Shown: one piece after another, positions 59,913-64,000 of the stretch | How the letters are laid out: each line of letters begins with the position of its first letter | How positions within the stretch are numbered: position 1 is the stretch's first letter | Assembly: GCA_043228905.1 (NCBI GenBank) | Contig: JBHGNT010000021.1 | Coordinates: forward strand, 3,534,001-3,598,000 | Reading direction: 5' to 3' | DNA from: Azolla caroliniana | Taxonomy: Eukaryota; Plantae; Polypodiophyta | DNA: 64,000 bases | The notes under the pieces: model-generated | What the model saw: only the letters and a program-made list of their open reading frames with translations | The model's database searches: none | What the model was told of the DNA's origin: nothing | Position numbers and translations under genes: made by a program

Positions 59913-62900
59913 TGTTGGAAGCAATGTCGTCTGTGCGGAAGATCGAGAAGCACTCGATTCCTGTTTATTCCCTGTGTATGACAGAATGTAGGTCGTTGCA
60001 CAGAGAGAGAGAGAGAGAGAGAGACACAAAAGACTTTCTATTACACAAAGCAACAATACAACAGCCAACCTTACAAAGAGGTTACAAGGTCACTATATAT
60101 AGTGACCGACTTAGGGCAACTACCCTTTATGCTAATTACATAAATGGCCAAAACGGGATAGTGTGAATACGTCCATTATACACATGTATTCGACACTCCC
60201 CCGTAATGGGCGTATACATGGGTTATCTAAGATTACAGGTATAGACTTAGGTTCTCGGACATATCAGCTTTGTTCGAGTCGGCAGGATCCGAAGACAGAA
60301 GACCGAACTGGTCGGGTCGGAACAGTTGAAGCCGATCATTAAGGAGCTGATGTCGGTTGTCGGGGACCATCCTGCTCTGTGTCCGGCTCTAACCGGACTG
60401 GTTTGTCGTTACGCCCATCTGATGCCGAAGAGACCGAAAACGGTCTGCCGAGAGACATTTGGTCATTCCATCTGCGACATTATCGGTTGTAGATATTTTC
60501 TCTAGACTGATTTTCCCTGAAATGACGCAGTCCCGAACGAAGTGATATCGAACGTCGATATGTTTGGAGGCGTTGTGGTGAACCGGATTTTTCGACAAGG
60601 CAACAGCACCTTGACTGTCGCTGTAGACAACTGGAGCCGAGTCATGTTCGACTTGTCGAAACGTGTGCGCCAGCCGACCGAGCCACAAAGCTTCTTTTGC
60701 CGCGTCGGACGCAGCTACATATTCTGCTTCGGTCGTTGAGGTCGCTGTGCACTCCTGAAGTTTCGACTTCCACGAGATTGCTCCATTGCCGAATTTGAAG
60801 CAGTATCCGGTTGTTGATTTCCGACTGTCTATACAGCCGGCGAAGTCCGAGTCGGTGTAACCGACTACGCCTGAGGTTCGGTTCGGTCCGAAAAGAATGC
60901 CATGGTCTTTTGTGCCAACCAGATATCTGAACACATGCTTGACTGCGTTCCAATGCGATCGGCCAGGGTTGTGCATAAATCTGCTAACGACTCCTACGGC
61001 ATGAGAGATGTCAGGCCGTGTCGCGACCATCAGGTACATAAGGGAGCCGACTGCCGGTGCATACGGTACCGACTTCATATCTTCCCCCTCCGAACCGGAT
61101 GTCGGGCAGTCTCGCTGAGAGAGCCGAAGATTCATGGGGAGCGGGGTTGAAGCAGATTTGGTTGATTGCATGTTGAAGCGTTCCAAGACACGTCCGATAT
61201 AGTCGGTCTGAGACAAAAAAAGATGTCGTTTATCGCGATGCCGACTAATTTTCATGCCAAGGATGTGTCGTGCCGGACCGAGGTCCTTCATGGCAAACTT
61301 CAACCGCAGTTGCCGAACTAGATCGGAAAGTTCGCCCGCGTGGCGTCCAGAAATTAGCATGTCGTCCACGTAAATGATGAGGAAGATGGGTGATCCATCT
61401 CGAGCTGTGTTGGTGAAGAGACAATGGTCCTCATCGCTTTTGGAGAAGCCGATTGATTGGATGAAGTCGTCGAACTTCTTGTACCATTGTCGCGGTGCCT
61501 GTTTGAGGCCGTATAGACTCTTCCTGAGTCGGCAGACTAGATGTTCTTGGCCAGTTGCCACGAAGCCTTTTGGCTGCTCCATATAAATTTCCTCCTCGAG
61601 ATCACCATGGAGGAAGGCTGTTTTGACATCTAGCTGAATCAGCTCCAAGTTGTCGGCTGCCACGACGCCGAGCAGAAGACGAAGGGTTGTCATTTTCACC
61701 ACTGGTGAAAAAATCTCGTCGAAGTCGACGCCATATTCTTGTCGGAAGCCCTTCGCAACTAATCTGGCCTTGTACTTTGGGGTGGTCGAATCAGACGTCT
61801 CTTTTAGTCGATAAACCCACTTGCAAGGAAGAGCACGTCGGTTCCTAGGTAATTCGACCAGATCCCAAGTCTTGTTTGCCCGGATGGAGTGCATTTCCGA
61901 CTCCATCGCCAGATGCCAGGTGGCCGAATCGACAGATGTCGATGCTTCTTCGTAAGACGTCGGTTCGCCGGCGTCGGTGAAGAAAATTCCAGGAGAATAC
62001 CTCTCCGGAGGTTGCGACAGTCTCTCGGATCGTCGAGGTATGATTGGACTGGTCGCATCGGGTATCGTGGTCGGATGGTCCGAAACCGAATCATTCGGCT
62101 GTGCCGAGTCAGAGTTGTCCGAGTCGGTAGTATAAGGGTCAGCTACCCGTGAAGCTGACCGTGTGTTGAGAGCGGGGCCTTCTTGAAGGGTCGGCACATC
62201 GGAGAATGTTACCCTTCGGACTTCGATCGGTTTGTCGACCGATGGATTCATAGCCGACTCGTTGAACACAACGTCCGAACTTCGAACGATTTGTCTGCGT
62301 TCGGGGTCCCAGAGTCGGTATCCCATTTCGCCGTCTGATCCATATCCAAGGAAAATGCATTTCCTGGACCGAGGTGCAAGTTTTCGGCGATCATCTTTCG
62401 GAATAAGGGCGTACGCCTCGCATCCGAAGATCCTCAGCTTGTCGTAATTCGGCTTGCTGCCGATCCATAATTCCTGAGGAATTTGAAGTCCTAGAGGTCT
62501 ACTTGGCGACATATTGATTATGTGTACTGCCGTGAGTAGAGCCTCTGCCCAGAAGCCATCCGACAGTCCGGAGTGTTGGAGCATGGAAACTGTCCGTTCT
62601 TGGATTGTCCGATTCATTCGTTCTGCAATCCCGTTTTGCTCCGGACTGTGTGGTGCCGTAAGTTCACGTCGGATGCCGCGTTGTCGGCAGAATTTGACGA
62701 ATTCTTCGGATTTAAACTCTCCCCCATTGTCTGTCCGAAAGCATTTCAGCTTTCGGTCGGTTTGATTTTCCACCATAGCGAGCCAATCTGAAAAGATCGA
62801 GAAGACACGATCTTTGGTGCGAATTGGATACGCCCACACCTTTCGAGTCGAGTCGTCAATGAAAGTGACGAAGTAAGATGCACCGCCTAGAGACTGATGC

Positions 62901-64000
62901 GGCATTGGGCCGCAGACGTCCGAGTGGACCAAATCGAGAGGTCTCGTTTCTCTTGGTGCTGATGTCGGGTGTGATGCGGCGGCTTGTTTGCCATACTGGC
63001 AATGCTCGCAGAATTGATGGTCGGAGAAGGAGAGTTTGGGGATGTATCCGGCTCTAGATAGATGCGTGATGCCGGCCTTGCTGAGGTGTCCCAATCGTCG
63101 GTGCCATAGTGATGACACAGGAATATCCACCAAAAACAGGTTACCCTCTCTGAGCGTAACATGTAACGGATACAGTGAGTGTATCTTGGGTCCTCTAGCA
63201 AGCAGGAGGTTCCCCCTGTGGAGTGTCCACCCTCCCGAAGAGAAACCGGCACGAATGCCGTCTTCATCTAGTTGTCCGACTGAGATCAATGGCCTTGAGA
63301 GCTCGGGTACATGTCGGACATTGTGGAGTACAAGTGTAGAGCCACCTGCAAGGTTGAGCTCTACTGTGCCGATTCCGATGATGTCACAGTGTTGTGAGTT
63401 GCCGACCCGAACTGAGTCGGAGTGACGGATCGTATATTGCCGAAATTGGGATCGATGAGGAGTCACGTGAAATGACGCGCCCGAATCTAAGAGCCATGTG
63501 CTCGATTCTTCAGTCGTGAGCAGAACTTCTGAGCCGACTGGATTTTCGATTGATAGTATATTCGGGTCGTCTGGTAGCACATCAGCTGAGAAGCTGACGT
63601 AATTGATCTCCTCATGCCGGCCACTCTTCTTGTTGTTCTTGTTCTTGAGTGCGCGGCAGTCGGCTTTGATGTGTCCGGGTTTCTTGCAATAGTTGCAGAT
63701 TCGGTTATCCCGTGACTGGCTCCGTCTTCGCTGATTGTTCGGCGGTCGTGAGGAATCTCTTCCTCGTATGTTTGATCGGTCTGTCGAACCTTGTACTACG
63801 TAGGCGTCGTCTGTTGAGTCTTTGGCGAAAGACTTTCTCCGAGCTGCTTCGGTCAGGATTGCGCTCGTGACTTCGGAGTATTTAACAGCCGTGGTTGACG
63901 CGTTGCACACGGTTGTGACGAAAGTTTCCCATGATGGGGGAAGGCTGCTCATGAGTATCATTGCTCTGAGTTCATCCTCGATTGCCGTCCCCTGTGACGA
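59913..64000 (-). mobile_element. Ty1/copia element C3: 3' LTR 59913-60195, PPT 60196-60202; 5' end outside the window
   Basis: TG...CA LTR and GGGGGAG PPT; interrupts A3 pol. Confidence 0.93.
60389..64000 (-). CDS. Intact copia Gag-PR-IN-RT-RH polyprotein (open to the window edge)
   Basis: CNYCKKPGHIKADC, WLLDSGAS, LWHRRLGH, VHSDVCGP, QLDVKTAFLHG, YVDD, YTDSD, KHIDVRYH. Confidence 0.96.
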   Translation of the reverse strand, partial: SSQGTAIEDELRAMILMSSLPPSWETFVTTVCNASTTAVKYSEVTSAILTEAARRKSFAKDSTDDAYVVQGSTDRSNIRGRDSSRPPNNQRRRSQSRDNRICNYCKKPGHIKADCRALKNKNNKKSGRHEEINYVSFSADVLPDDPNILSIENPVGSEVLLTTEESSTWLLDSGASFHVTPHRSQFRQYTIRHSDSVRVGNSQHCDIIGIGTVELNLAGGSTLVLHNVRHVPELSRPLISVGQLDEDGIRAGFSSGGWTLHRGNLLLARGPKIHSLYPLHVTLREGNLFLVDIPVSSLWHRRLGHLSKAGITHLSRAGYIPKLSFSDHQFCEHCQYGKQAAASHPTSAPRETRPLDLVHSDVCGPMPHQSLGGASYFVTFIDDSTRKVWAYPIRTKDRVFSIFSDWLAMVENQTDRKLKCFRTDNGGEFKSEEFVKFCRQRGIRRELTAPHSPEQNGIAERMNRTIQERTVSMLQHSGLSDGFWAEALLTAVHIINMSPSRPLGLQIPQELWIGSKPNYDKLRIFGCEAYALIPKDDRRKLAPRSRKCIFLGYGSDGEMGYRLWDPERRQIVRSSDVVFNESAMNPSVDKPIEVRRVTFSDVPTLQEGPALNTRSASRVADPYTTDSDNSDSAQPNDSVSDHPTTIPDATSPIIPRRSERLSQPPERYSPGIFFTDAGEPTSYEEASTSVDSATWHLAMESEMHSIRANKTWDLVELPRNRRALPCKWVYRLKETSDSTTPKYKARLVAKGFRQEYGVDFDEIFSPVVKMTTLRLLLGVVAADNLELIQLDVKTAFLHGDLEEEIYMEQPKGFVATGQEHLVCRLRKSLYGLKQAPRQWYKKFDDFIQSIGFSKSDEDHCLFTNTARDGSPIFLIIYVDDMLISGRHAGELSDLVRQLRLKFAMKDLGPARHILGMKISRHRDKRHLFLSQTDYIGRVLERFNMQSTKSASTPLPMNLRLSQRDCPTSGSEGEDMKSVPYAPAVGSLMYLMVATRPDISHAVGVVSRFMHNPGRSHWNAVKHVFRYLVGTKDHGILFGPNRTSGVVGYTDSDFAGCIDSRKSTTGYCFKFGNGAISWKSKLQECTATSTTEAEYVAASDAAKEALWLGRLAHTFRQVEHDSAPVVYSDSQGAVALSKNPVHHNASKHIDVRYHFVRDCVISGKISLEKISTTDNVADGMTKCLSADRFRSLRHQMGVTTNQSG

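Overview
Eukaryotic nuclear DNA from a land plant (probably a non-seed plant; this is inference from the TE types and gene style). Two deeply nested LTR-retrotransposon clusters (1-25.2 kb and 49.4-64 kb) flank an AT-rich island. The island holds an 8-exon TLC-domain (TMEM56-like) gene, a His/Pro-rich orphan ORF, four L1-type LINE 3' fragments, a hAT MITE and a young intact chromovirus. The main feature is a tRNA-Trp-primed Ty3/gypsy group seen as seven insertions: three pol-type copies (partial, deleted or decayed), one solo LTR and three young Gag-only elements. In the Gag-only elements a single ORF fills the space from PBS to PPT and joins the capsid domain to acidic repeats, a basic tract and a Trp/Arg motif. 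All seven insertions sit at 4-bp RCGN (CpG-centred) targets inside other TEs. All share a U5 motif, the four copies with a visible 3' end share a covarying hairpin before the PPT, and two Gag-only elements carry antisense tRNA-like Pol III cassettes in their LTRs. Coordinates were read by eye and may be off by a few bases. No database searches were run.
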